Counted from the first letter of the stretch, positions 1-11,614 are shown. The stretch: DNA of 62,671 bases from Chiloscyllium plagiosum (GCF_004010195.1 NC_057728.1:40858376-40921046); one strand, 5' to 3'. Notes: generated from the letters alone by a model not told the origin. Made by a program: numbers and translations.

Positions 1-659
1 TGAAGAGTCAGTCAAAGTGCAAACCTTTAATGGTCTCAGCAAAAGTCAGTCCAAATAGCAACTAGCCCCTATGTACAGCACCTGCCACCTTATTTGTTTG
101 TGGTGGAAATGATGACCAGAAATAACATTACAACCATAAGTACATACAGACAATGGGAAAGGCTGCAGGTGGTTGAACAGGAAAGTGTGAACTCACAGTT
201 TGCACAGAGCATAGATAACTATCAGTTGAGGTCCACAGCATCTCAACAATCAAAATGGAACAACAGATACCACAACAATGCAAATGACATGGGAACGACC
301 AGGGAAAGAACATCACTCAGCTGAACAGCCAATAACAATGTAAATGTGTATTATTAAGAGACGGGTACAATTTAAAGACCATGGGTAGGGGTCTGAGTGA
401 CATGAGCCACGGCGTGTTTATCGCAGAATCAGATGAGAAGTCCAATGAAGCTGATCTTGACGTCAAGAGCAATTTGTAACAGCTTTTATGCTTTTTCACA
501 AGCAGTGAGGCAAGTTACTCACTCAGTAATTAAGGGGGATTGTAACTCATAGAACACCTTGTTGACAGCTTAACTTGCCTCATTAATATTCAGCTTCCTA
601 TCTTAACAAACTCAGAAAGGAAGCTCAGCATTCAATATGGAAACCAAAGCAGATACTTG

Positions 660-1835
660 GTGAATTCAGCTCACTGATTGCTCCAAAGGATCTCCATATT
701 GGACACCAAGCGTCAACATCTCATGGCACGATCCATAGGTACCAGCTACATGCATCCCACATCCATGAGCATTGGCATCCAATATGTGCCAGCCCCTACA
801 AATTCTCATGATATATCTCCAATCCACATAGAGTATGCTTCTGCACTTCAATGCAGCACCTTGGGCTATAGCAGCAACTGTCATTGTAATGCTGCAACAA
901 GGACACTTAGCTCAGGGACATACACCCAGCTGATGGACTGGATCATGTTACATCTCCAGGATCTAGACTCCTATCATAGTGCTCACTTTCAAAGTGAACC
1001 TGGATGCTCTCAGAATTCTTGCCTTGCATTACCTTATCTTTTTCTGTTTCGCCCCCTCAAACCAGAGATAAAGGCTCATATTACCTTTGTCTTGCCTTGC
1101 CATTTAGCACAGACACAAAGAAAAGAAGCTTGTCATGGTTGTCAGCAGTCTTCAGTCAAGTCACCCAGAATGCAAGGAGTCTCAGCACTGTAAGTCAAGG
1201 TCAGCCTCTGATACTAGTCCAAAAGCTTGGAAACATTCAGCTACTTGGGCTGGTCAGAATCAGGATGCTTTCCACATCAGTGGTGAGGACCCAAATGTCA
1301 GGCAACCCACCGCCCTTCCTTACTCATTCTGGCTTGCTGGAGTTTTATTGCCTTTGGAATGAGAGAAAGGCAGATATTAAAGTCAAACAAAATGGGTAGC
1401 GCAACTGTTACTTTTAGCACAGGTTGAAAGGTGTTCAAAGCCAGAGATTGAGCTGTACTAAGGGTTGGTGGTGTCAGGTGTTGGGATGGACAACAACATG
1501 CAAAAGAAGATGTCACAGGCATTCGTGAAAGTGGTAGAGCATGAGCCTTGATGGGAGATGAGTATGGCAGCTGTTAATATAGTAAATAGCATGTGAATTG
1601 GAGAGAATGTATGGTAGGACTTATGCTGGTGAAGTTAGAAGATCATTGACCTTCTTCCAATGGTGCTTATGTATTCATCCAGATGGTTAAGACAGCTTCA
1701 AATTACTGGGTTACCTCAGATAGGTTGACATGGTATGGTGTTGTGGTTTCCACTGCTTGTCCTGGCAGAAGAGGAGGTCCCATCTAGCAATACTTCCAGA
1801 TCCTTGCTCACAATTTCCCCCCTCTCTGTAATGTC
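660..1835 (-). mobile_element. Degenerate PIF/Harbinger-like transposon fragment (Myb/SANT-like ORF2 remnant)
   Basis: Minus-strand translation of ~1835-1630 across frameshifts gives KDLEVLLDG..RWDLLFCQDKQWKPQHHTMST..SEVTQ*FEAVLTIWMNT*..WKKVNDLL. This fits the Myb/SANT (trihelix) pattern of Harbinger accessory proteins. Stops and frameshifts show it is dead; the left boundary is a guess. Confidence 0.45.
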
Positions 1836-3291
1836 TGGGACAAATGTCAGGAATTGTGCAGGGCAGCTGCAGATTGACAGTGCTTGGCATTGGTATAATT
1901 GATGCCAGTGAATCCTGGCATATCTGCTGAGTTTTTATGGGAACAGCACATGGTAATGTGACACCATAATTAGACATGATGAATGCTATAGGATCAGATT
2001 AGGTAATGAGGTGAGTTTGGTAAATTATGATGAAAAAAACTTGCTAGACCTCATGGTCGAAATCCCTCTAAAGAACTCAACACAACTTGGATTTAGTAAT
2101 GTTCAGCCATTTGTATGCAATGCATGTGCAGAGACTGACAAAAAAAAATCAAACTGCTCAAGCATGTGTCATGTGCAGACTGTAACTTGTGTAACTCAAA
2201 GTGTAAATAATAGTGCATGCAATTTTTTGTGTCAGAAAACGGAGATATTTGGGATAGAAATGAAGCAGTGACTGGGGCATGTAGCTTGCAGCGAGTTTCA
2301 ATAAAGAAACTGTACAGGCAATGGGTCACTTGATGGAATATGTGAACCTGACCGAACACAACCCAAGCACTTTCCCTAGACTTTCTTATATGCTAGATTT
2401 AAAGCTCCTTTTGAACACTCATTACGTATGTATGAAAGAAATGATGTTATTGAATAACTAAAAAATATATTGATTTAAATAGAGTACATACTTCAAAATG
2501 GAGATAGTAACTCCAGGAATGTGTGATCTTCAGAAATTATTTAGTAATTTCTTTTCCCAGATTGAATTCTATAAGCTAATATTCATTAGGCAGAATTCTA
2601 TATAAAAGGTGAGCTATAGTTTGCTGTATGCAATTATATATGATGCATTCATTGAAGGACACTGAAATGTGTCAAAATACTTTGTGTGTGATCTGAATGG
2701 CCTTTGTTTGAAAGGAAATGCAGGAGAATGATTGGTTTTCCTCATAATTGCAGGTATCCTGAAGAACTCACCAGAATGCATCATAATCAAATCATTCCTA
2801 AGGTTGTAATTTCATTCTAGGGAACAAAAAAAAGAGATCAGTCCTGCTATACTTCAACATTTCTTAAGCAGCAAATGAGCCATTTAACTTGTAAAGACAC
2901 TGAAAGATTTAGAAATGCAGCTGTGGATTGTGCGATTTGCTGCAAACAGTTCAACTTCAAGGTTCTGAAAGTAAAACTTATCCAGACCCTGAATAATTGT
3001 CAAGCTTTGTTGAAAGAAACAAGGGTGGATTGGGGCGGGGGGGGGGGTGCTGTGTGGTGCAATGGATAGTTACTGACAGTCCCTTAATATTTGAATATGT
3101 AACTCAAAGCCAAACAGAAATACCCATTTGAGGGACCTGGCAGGATAGCTTGAAAACAAATGTACAATTTACAGAACCAAACAATTAAATGAATATTAAT
3201 GTACAGCACAAATGCAATTCACATTTAAACCTGAAGCAAGGTAGCAGTTGTTGAAGCTATCATCCAAAATCATACTTATTATAAAATACAT

Positions 3292-3520
3292 AGTTAAAAA
3301 TCACACAACACCAGGTTATAGTCCAACAGGTTTAATTGGAAGCACACTAGCTTTCGGAGCGACACTCCTTCATCAGGTGGTAGTGGAGCGCTCCAGTACC
3401 ACCTGATGAAGGAGCATCGCTCCGAAAGCTAGTGTGCTTCCAATTAAACCTGTTGGACTATAACCTGGTGTTGTGTGATTTTTAACTTTGTACACCCCAG
3501 TCCAACACCGGCATCTCCAA
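3292..3520. mobile_element. Palindromic non-autonomous element, probably Penelope-derived (family B)
   Basis: 3292-3487 is a near-perfect palindrome (2 arm mismatches at one decayed CpG, self-complementary centre tggagcgctcca). A one-sided 33-nt tail follows (3488-3520). Flanked by direct repeat attataaaatacat (3278-3291 / 3521-3534). Confidence 0.8.
3399..3436 (+). ncRNA. Minimal type-I hammerhead ribozyme-like motif (mirror copy on the minus strand at ~3343-3380)
   Basis: CAC-CUGAUGA(3403-3409)-A-GGAGC-AUC-GCUCC-GAAA(3424-3427)-GC-UA|GUG. Core boxes present, 5-bp stem II, AGCU self-complementary stem III, 3-bp stem I (CAC/GUG). Confidence 0.65.
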
Positions 3521-4039
3521 ATTATAAAATACATGTTATCAGGCAAAATACTGGCAGGAATGTAGTGAGTAACAGATCAAAACTGAAAATAGCAACAGAC
3601 AAATTAAATTATTTATATATATATATATATCATGAAGAAAGATTGAATTAATTTTGCAAAGGAACTTCATTTCTACTAACCAGTCTGTTACAATTCCCAC
3701 TCTTCTGTTCAAAACTAGACCTAACAAATAATCTGACGCTGTGACCAGAAAAATGTCACTACAAATGAGGAAACAATTCTTGCATTATCCAGGGGGGAGA
3801 ATTCAGAATACCTAAGTCTGAATAGTGGCAGAATGCTGGTAATATGCTGTATTTTATTTTAATATTTACACGTTACCTTATGCATGGCTGTGTCCATGTA
3901 TAATGATTGTGCAGAGACAAATAACCTGGACATTAACAGAACTCTGGTGATACTGTTATAGTGTCCTTAGTGGACTCCAAGTCCCACCTGCTCCAGATGG
4001 GTCATAATAACTCTGAATAGGTTGATTAGAAAATATCTA

Positions 4040-4318
4040 CATTCATCAAGGCTTTCAATAAGGTCCCTCATGGCAGACTGTTCAAGAACATAGGAGCCAA
4101 TCGGATCTAAGGCAAAATAGCACTTTGGATCCAAAATTAGCTGAGAATTGCGAAGGAGAGGGTAATCTTGGAAGGATGTATCTGTGATTATAAGTCTGTT
4201 TCTAGTTGGGCTCCGTGGGTTTTAGTGCTGAAGCCCTCACTACTAATGGTGTACATTAAATGATTTGGACTTAAATGTAGAAGGTATGATCAACAGGTTC
4301 CTTGGAGTAGTGATAATT
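4040..4318 (+). mobile_element. Old CR1 LINE RT fragment
   Basis: Degenerate match to the RT region (KAF.KVPHGRL..., W.QN.L) of the younger CR1 copies in this window. Confidence 0.6.
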
Positions 4319-4875
4319 GAGAGGGAACAAGACCAGACCCCTCAAAATGTTAAGGAAGTAGCCTAGACCCAAACGTTTTCTTATTTTAAAGGTAAATGTC
4401 AGGTACTGTGTTCCAGATGCAATTCTATTGGTGAAACTACTTGACATTAAAGAAAACATAATTTATTCAAACAATACAGTTAAAATACAACAAAAGAAAG
4501 AAGATCTTGGAATTTCTTAACTCTGTGGAAAACTTAACAAAATAATAGATACAGTAACCATTACTAATTAACTGTTCCAATATGGTACAACCCATAAACA
4601 CACCCTTGGCAAAAGGCAAATTCAGAAAAAAGGTTTTGCCTCACATGCAATCCAGCAGCCAAGGAAGAGAACCCCCAGCTTTTGACTGTAATTACGAGGG
4701 AAAAAATAGCTTTTACTTCTTCAAGACTCCAACAGCAACTGCTGCTGAAAACTACAAAACTAAAAAATCCCTGGTTTTGTGGGTGAGAGCTTGATCACAC
4801 CCATTCAGGCTGCTTCTATTGTTCCAGCTTTTGAAACAAGGATCAAGGCTTCACAAGTTGGTTATCTTCTTACAG
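4319..4875. mobile_element. Unclassified interspersed repeat, possibly a solo LTR
   Basis: Non-coding block starting TG that abuts the CR1 fragment and differs from it in composition. No TSD confirmed. Confidence 0.3.
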
Positions 4876-6703
4876 ACTGTGAGGCATCAGTGTCAGGAAT
4901 CCAGGTTTGACCCCATCCTCGATCAACTGTCTGTGTGGAACATAGAACATAGAACAATACAGCACAGAACAGGCCCTTCGGCCCACGATGTTGTGCCGAA
5001 CTTCTAACCTAGATTAAGTACCCATCCATGTACCTATCCAAATGCCGCTTAAAGGTCGCCAATGATTCCGACTCTACCACTCCCACAGGCAGCAATCCCT
5101 CTGCTAATGAACGATAATACTCTTGGCAGGGTTGAACTCCATCTGCCACTCCTCAGCCCAGCTCTGCATCATATCTAAGTCCCTCTGCAGCCGACAACAG
5201 CCCTCCTCACTGTCCACAACTCCACTTATCTTCGTATCATCTGCAAATTTACTGACCCATCCTTCGACTCCCTCATCTAAGTCATTAATAAAAATTACAA
5301 ACAGCAGAGGACCCAGAACTGATCCCTGCGGAACTCCACTTGTAACTGGGCTCCAGGGTGAATATTTACCATCTACCACCACTCTCTGCCTTCGACCGTT
5401 TAGCCAGTTTTCTATCCAATTGGCCAAATTTCCCTCTATCCCATGCCTCCTGACTTTCCGCATAAGCCTACCATGGGGAACTTTATCAAATGCCTTACTA
5501 AAATCCATGTATACTGCATCCACTGCTCTACCCTCATCCACATACTTGGTCACCTCCTCAAACAATTCAATATGACTTGTAAGGCAAGACCTACCCTTCA
5601 CAAATCCGTGCTGGCTGTCCCTAATCAAGCAGTGTCTTTCCAGATACTCATAAATCCTATCCCTCAGTACCCTTTCCATTACTTTGCCTACCACAGAAGT
5701 AAGACTAACAGGCCTGTAATTCCCGGGGTTATCCCTATTCCCTTTTTTGAACAGGGGCACAACATTCGCTACTCTCCAGTCCCCTGGTACCACCCCCGTT
5801 GCCAGTGAAGACGAGAAGATCATTGCCAACGGTACTGCACTTTCCTCTCTTGCTTCCCACATAATCCTAGGATATATCCCGTCAGGCCCGGGGGACTTGT
5901 CTATCCTCAAGTTGTTCAAAATGTCCAACACATCTTCCTTCCTAACAGGTATCTCTTCTAGCTTACCAGTCCATTTCACACTCTCCTCTTCTACAATACG
6001 GTCCCTCTCGTTCGTAACTACTGAAGAGAAGTACTTGTTCAAGACCTCTCCTATCTCTTCCGACTCAATACACAGTCTCCCACTACTGTCCTTGATCGGA
6101 CCTACCCTCGTTCTCGTCATTCTCAGGTTTCTCACATACGCATAAAATGCCTTGGGGTTATCCTTGATCCTATCCGCCAACGATTTTTCATGCCCTCTCT
6201 TAGCTCTCCTAATCCCTTTCTTCAGGTCCCTTCTGGCTATCCTGTATCCCTCCACTGCTCTGTCTGAATCCTGTTTCCTCAACCTTATGTAAGCCTCCTT
6301 CTTCCTCTTTACCAGACATTCAACCTCTCTCGTCAACCAAGGCTCCCTCACACGACCATTTCTTTCCTGCCTGATAGGTACATACATATCATGGACACGT
6401 CGTATCTGCTCTTTGAAAAAGTTCCACCTTTCCACCACATCCTTCCCTGTGGAGTTTGCACATTCTCCCTGTGTCTTTGTAGGTTTCCTCCAGACGCTCT
6501 GATTTCATCCTACATTAAAAAGATGTGCAAGTTAAGTTGATTGGTAATACTAAATTGTGCATTGTGTCCAGGGATGCAGAGGCTTGGTGGATTAGCCATG
6601 AGAGAAGGGTGATTATAGTGGTGAGTCTAGGTGGGATGCTCGTTACATGGTCATTGTGGACTTGATAGGCTGAATGGCCTACTTCCACACTGTAGGGATT
6701 GTA
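4876..6703 (+). mobile_element. HE1/V-SINE split by a CR1 insertion (head ~4876-4939, body 6448-6703)
   Basis: The SINE sequence ...caactgtctgtgtgga resumes as tgtggagtttgcacattctccc after the CR1. It is homologous to the intact copy at 36457-36786. Confidence 0.75.
4940..6447 (-). mobile_element. Young 5'-truncated CR1 LINE with an uninterrupted 444-aa RT ORF (5104-6438) and an internal deletion before the 3' tail
   Basis: RT motifs [36 protein letters not shown] and FADD. (ttctatg)n 3' tail. 6-bp TSD tgtgga at 4934-4939 / 6448-6453. Confidence 0.95.
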
Positions 6704-7029
6704 TGATTCAATTTCAACTCCTCCTCCAGAGTTTGGAGTGCAACAATCTGCTGGCACTCCACTCTCTGGTAGAGAGAGTGCTACAGTGTGGGAAATGCTG
6801 CATTTCACCCCTGTACCCAGGCCAATATCCACCCTTCAATCAACATCACTAAAAACAGGAAATCTTTTCATCACATTGTAATTTTGTGGGAGCTTGGTGT
6901 TGGTGTGAAATTTGCTCTAATAGTGACTGCATCTCACAAACTTTGGAATGTTCAAGCTTGCTATTGGTGCAATCTTTACTGCCCAATTTCTTGTTTGTAG
7001 CCAGTTGACCCTTCAGGGGCATCACATAT

Positions 7030-9003
7030 GAGGAATGTTTGAGGCAAGTGAATCCTTAGAAGAGTATAAAGAAAGTAGGAGTATACATAAGAGGGAAATC
7101 AGGAGGGCAAAATGGGGACATGAGATAGCTTTGTCTAATAGAATTAAGGAGAATCCCAAGGGTTTTTACAAATACATTAAGGACAAAAGGGTAACTAGGG
7201 AGAGAATAGGGCCCCTCAAAGATCAGCAAGGCAGCCTTTGTGTGGAGCCACAGAAAATGGGGGAGATACTAAATGAATATTTTGCATCAGTATTTACTGT
7301 GGAAAAGGATATGGAAGATATAGACTGTAGGAAAATAGATGGTGATATCTTGCAACATGTCCAGATTACAGAGGAGGAAGTCTTGAAATGGTTAACGGTG
7401 GATAAATCCCCAGGACCTGATCAGGTGTATCCAAGAACTCTGTAGGAAGCTAGCGAAGTGATTGCTGGGCCTCTTGCTGAGATATTTGTATCATTGATAG
7501 TCACAGGTGAGGTGCCGGAAGACTGGAGGTTGGCAAACGTGGTCTCACTGTTTAAGAAGAGCGGTAAAGACAAGCCAGGGAACTATAGCCTGACCTCGGT
7601 GGTGGGCAAGTTGTTGGAGGGAATCCTGAGGGACAGGATGGACATGTATTTGGAAAGGCAAGGACAGATTCGGGATAGTCAACATGGCTTTGTGCGTGGG
7701 AAATCATGTCTCACAAACTTGATTGAGTTTTTTGAAGAAGTAACAAAGAAGATTGATGAGGGCAGAGCAGTAGATGTGATCTGTATGGACTTCAGTAAGG
7801 TGTTCGACAAGGTTCCCCAGGGCCCTCTACTTTTTGTCATTTACATAAATGATTTGGATGTGAGCACAAGAGGTGCAGTTAGTAAGTTTGAAAAATGTGT
7901 TGCTGGAAAAGCGCAGCAGGTCAGGCAGCATCCAAGGAGCAGGAGAATCGATGTTTTGGGCATAAGCCCTTCTTCAGGAATGGGCTTATGCCCGAAACAT
8001 CGATTCTCCTGCTCCTTGGATGCTGCCTGACCTGCTGCGCTTTTCCAGCAACACATTTTTCAGCTCTGATCTCCAGCTTCTGCAGTCCTCACTTTTTCAC
8101 AGTTAGTCAGTTTGTAGATGACACCAAAATTGGAGGTGTAGTGGACAGCAAAGAGGGTTACCTCAGATTACAACAGGATCTTGACCAGATGGGCAAATAA
8201 GCTGAGAAGTGGCCGATGGGGTTTAATCAGATAAATGCGAGGTGCTGCATTTTGGGAAAGCAAATCTTCGTAGGACTTATACACTTAATGGTAAGGTCCT
8301 AGGTAGTGTTGCTGAACAAAGAGACCTTGGAGTGCAGGTTCATAGCTCCGTGAAAGTGGATTCGCAGGTATATATGCTTTCCTTTATTGGTCAGAGTATT
8401 GATTACAGGAGTTGGGAGGTCATGTTGTGGCTGTACAGGACATTGGTTAGGCCACTGTTGGAATATTGCGTGCAATTCTGGTCTCCTTCCTATCGCAAAG
8501 ATGTTGTAAAGCCTGAAAGGGTTCAGAAAAGATTTACAAGGATGTTGCCAGAGTTGGAGGATCTGAGCTACAGGGATAGGCTGAACAGGCTGGGGCTGTT
8601 TTCCCTGGAGCGTCAGAGGCTGAGGGGTGACCTTATAGAGGTTTACAAAATTATGAGGAACATGGATAGGATAAATAGACAAAGTCTTTTCCCTGGGGTC
8701 AGGGAGTCCAGATCTCGAGGGCATAGGTTTAGGGTGAGAGGGGAAAGATATAAAAGAGACCTAAGGGGCAACTTTTTCACGCAGAGGGTGGTACGTGTAT
8801 GGAATGGGCTGCCAGAGGATGTGGTGGTGGCTGGGACAATTGCAACAATTAAAAGGCATTTGGATGGGTATATGAATAGGAAGGGTTTTGAGGGATATGG
8901 GCTGGGTGCTGGCAGGTGGGACTAGATTTGGTTGGGATACCTGGTCGGCGTGGACGAGTCGGACCGAAGGGTCTGTTTCTATGCTGTACATCTCTATGAC
9001 TCT
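7030..9003 (+). mobile_element. CR1 LINE ORF2 (RT) remnant with 3' tail, internally deleted and interrupted by a Penelope-derived element
   Basis: ORFs 7035-7445, 7458-8030 and 8242-8925 carry [31 protein letters not shown] and FFTQRVV..WN motifs, with stops and frameshifts. Confidence 0.95.
7891..8098. mobile_element. Palindromic non-autonomous Penelope-derived element (family A) nested in CR1
   Basis: Inverted arms span 7889-8062, tail 8063-8098. TSD cagttagt(a/c)agtttg at 7876-7890 / 8100-8114. The left arm is nearly identical to the PLE terminus at 16305-16397. Confidence 0.85.
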
Positions 9004-9004
9004 G

Positions 9005-9395
9005 GGTCAGTACTTGATGGAGTTCAGAAGGATGAGGGGGAAATCTAATTGAAACTTATTGAATTCTGAATGGCCTGTTCAGAGTGCATGTTGAGAAGAT
9101 GTTTCCATTTGTAGGAGTGACTAGCACAGCCTTACCGTAAAAGGGAAGACAATGGAGCTAAGGAAAAACTGCTTCAGCCAGAGAGTGGTGAATCTATGGA
9201 ATTCAATGCCACAGAAGGCTGTGGAGGCCTGGTCATTGAGTATTTTTAAGACTGAGATAGATTGGTTCTTGATTGCCAAGGGGATGTAGGGTAATGGGGA
9301 AGAGTGGGGTTGAGAAACGTTAGCCATGATTGAATGGTGGAGCAGACTGGGTGGGCTGAATGGCCTAATTTCTGCTCTTATGTCAATGGTCTTAT
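9005..9395 (+). mobile_element. CR1 LINE 3' end (second subfamily)
   Basis: Homologous to the minus-strand CR1 3' ends at 25270-26220 and ~53000-53720. Confidence 0.8.
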
Positions 9396-9889
9396 TGTGC
9401 TCAATGGTAAGGTGTGTGAATATTGCATTGTAGCTGGGATGGCAAATATTGACTGTGATAATATTTGTCTAGTGACTCTGGGCGCAGCCGGGGTGCCATT
9501 GTAATTAAATAAGAAAAGGCGAGAGTGCCAGTTAATATGAAGTTTGCTGTGCAGTTCCTAAACGATTACTACTCCAGTGACCGTTTCAACTCATGAATGG
9601 ACTGCACCATTTTTCCTCAGTCTACTCAGAAGTTCGACTCGTCCATTTTTAATACATTACCAAAGGATTTTTGTTTCCACCTGAATTCACACTTGGAAGA
9701 ATCTGGTCTGTACACGAGAAGGATTAAAAGCTGCATGTGTGTGTAAAAGAGAGAGGGGTTTCTTTTTATATATAAAAAAGGCCAGGTCTCAATATCCGTG
9801 TGTTCAGAAAATGTAACATTTGTATCCTGGTAAAGTGGGATTCCGAAGGTTGCTTCGCTTTTACTCTTCCCGTTAAAGTTTGCAAATCC

Positions 9890-10330
9890 TTTTAATCCGT
9901 GTGTGTGTGTGTGTCTGGCTGTGGTGAGTGGGGAGAGCCCCTTGCCTGGATAGCGAGGCCGCCGTTTAGCGGAGACCGCGCCGAGCTCACCGCCTCGCTC
10001 TCCCTCCCATCGACTGACAACGACGAAACTCCACAGCTCCTACTGCCAGCTTTTTGAATGAGTTCCATTAGAAGATGCCGGTCTGGAAGAAGAACATGCC
10101 TTCATGTCTGCAAGCTGACCACGACAGAGGTAAAAAAAAAGGCGTGGGGGGAGGGAGAGCTGGCTGGGAAAGAAAACCCGCTCATTGCATTTCACTCACA
10201 CGTTCACTCGGCAGTCAGCTGAAGGCAGAGAGAACAAGGCGCTGCCAATCGCGATCTTTAACCACACACGTTACTTGTGCAGTTTGCTGCTAGCTACTCT
10301 TTGTAGTCTGGCGTTTCCTCTGCAAGACAA
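9890..10330 (+). promoter_or_regulatory. CpG-rich promoter / 5' UTR region of the GRIP1b-type first exon, with a (GT)n tract at ~9899-9914
   Basis: Non-repeat cluster of CpGs (gcgaggccgccgtttagcggagaccgcgccgagctcaccgcctcgc) in an otherwise CpG-depleted window, immediately around the ATG at 10075. The TSS is not determined. Confidence 0.7.
10075..10129 (+). CDS. GRIP1: First coding exon of glutamate receptor-interacting protein 1, palmitoylated GRIP1b-type N-terminus (MPVWKKNMPSCLQADHDR + phase-1 G)
   Basis: aagATG start (A at -3), 18 codons + 1 nt, then donor AG|GTAAAA at 10130. The peptide aligns with mammalian GRIP1b as I recall it (MPGWKKNIPICLQAEEQER), including Cys11 (TGT 10105-10107). 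Downstream PDZ exons were not found in the window. Confidence 0.82.
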
Positions 10331-10794
10331 GCCCCTTTCACGGGAGATGTTCTTAAAGTTGCACCTAAACCTACCTCCCAAACAACTTAATTTTGCAAAC
10401 ACTAGTTTATAAACCCAGTCCTCCAGAGCCTGTGAGTGTGCATTTACTGCGTTCCTTATTTTGAAATGATTGTTCATTTGGCGTGCTGTGTTGTACATGG
10501 AGTCAATTTCCAGACAGCCAACCAGCAGCTGATAGGCATTGATTCCCCACCAGGCTAAATGACTGGGGACAGCCTCCTGAATGGTTATTGTGGCTACACC
10601 TGGTTACTTTGAATATTAAAGTGAATGGTGTTTTGTGGTTGGTGCATGTAACTGGGATGATTTTGTCGATATCTTTTCAAGTATTTAATGTTTACTGATG
10701 TTTTAGTCTAATTTCAGAGTTGCCGATTTGTTTCATTTTACTGTCTACCCGAGTATAAATGTAACATGTTTGCTTGATCTGTGCTGCTTACCGG

Positions 10795-10960
10795 GTAAAA
10801 ACAAGGTCTGCAGATTCTAGAAACCAGAGTCTAGATTAGAGTGGTGCTGGAAAATCACAGCAGGTCAGGCAGAAGGGCTTTTGCCCCAAATGTCGATTTT
10901 CCTGTTCCTCGGATGCTGCCTGACCAGCTGTGCTTTTCCAGCACCACTCTAATCTAGACT
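10795..10960. mobile_element. Family A palindromic Penelope-derived element (internally deleted)
   Basis: Inverted ends agtctagattagagtggtgctggaaaa / ttttccagcaccactctaatctagact, tail on the left. TSD gtgctgc(t/c)taccgg at 10781-10794 / 10961-10974. Confidence 0.8.
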
Positions 10961-11614
10961 GTGCTGCCTACCGGTATACTCTCAGTTACGAAAGAATAGA
11001 ATGGATGCCACTGCTGGGAATCCTTTAGCAGATGAAAGGTTACTGTCGGTGTTCGTCTTGCTTCCAATGAACTGAAATTTCTTGAGGGGGCGGAATTGAG
11101 AAGTTACGTTTGACTTTCGCCTGTTCCTATGTAAATTTCTCGTGTCAAGTTACGCTTAAATTCTCTCTAATTAGCCTACGCCGGAGAAACAAAACAGCGT
11201 CATTATAGCCCAACATCGCTAATAGGAAATAAATCAAGTTAAATTAAAGCACATTTGCTGCAAATGATGTTTTAAAAGTGAATACTATTTTCTTAATTAA
11301 ATGAAATGCTTGAGTATTAAATTAAATAATTGACTAATTAAGTACCAAAACATCTGCTTTGATTAGTTTTCGAAGTCCCCAAATCATCACTTCAGAAGAT
11401 TGCCCAGTTGGATAAAATGAATAATGGGAAACCGGAGATTTTACATACACAGATGTGTATTTATGTAGCACCTTTTTGTGTAATCTTCTTTTCTAAAGTG
11501 CTTCACATGAACATAACAAAGCAAGATTAGCTATGGAGCCATGTAAGATGAGGAATAGGACAAATGATCTAAAGCTTGCTCAGAATGTTTATAGAACATC
11601 TTGAAGGAAGAACA

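Noticed and set aside
3292..3520. Classification of the palindromes as DNA-transposon MITEs or pre-miRNAs
   Set aside because: One-sided tail, long variable TSDs, hammerhead-like cores and (for family A) identity with a GIY-YIG PLE terminus argue for a retroelement origin. Small-RNA production is not excluded but has no evidence here.
5123..6145. Plus-strand ORFs of 121-150 aa
   Set aside because: Antisense shadows of the CR1 RT ORF.
7841..8200. Mirror-image ORFs MCCWKSAAGQAASKEQE.. on both strands (similar at 59987-60295)
   Set aside because: Artefacts of the palindromic elements, not genes.
10130..10293. Remainder of ORF 10075-10293 as a 72-aa protein
   Set aside because: Similarity to GRIP1b stops exactly at the GT donor at 10130. 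The rest is intron read-through (poly-A/G tracts).
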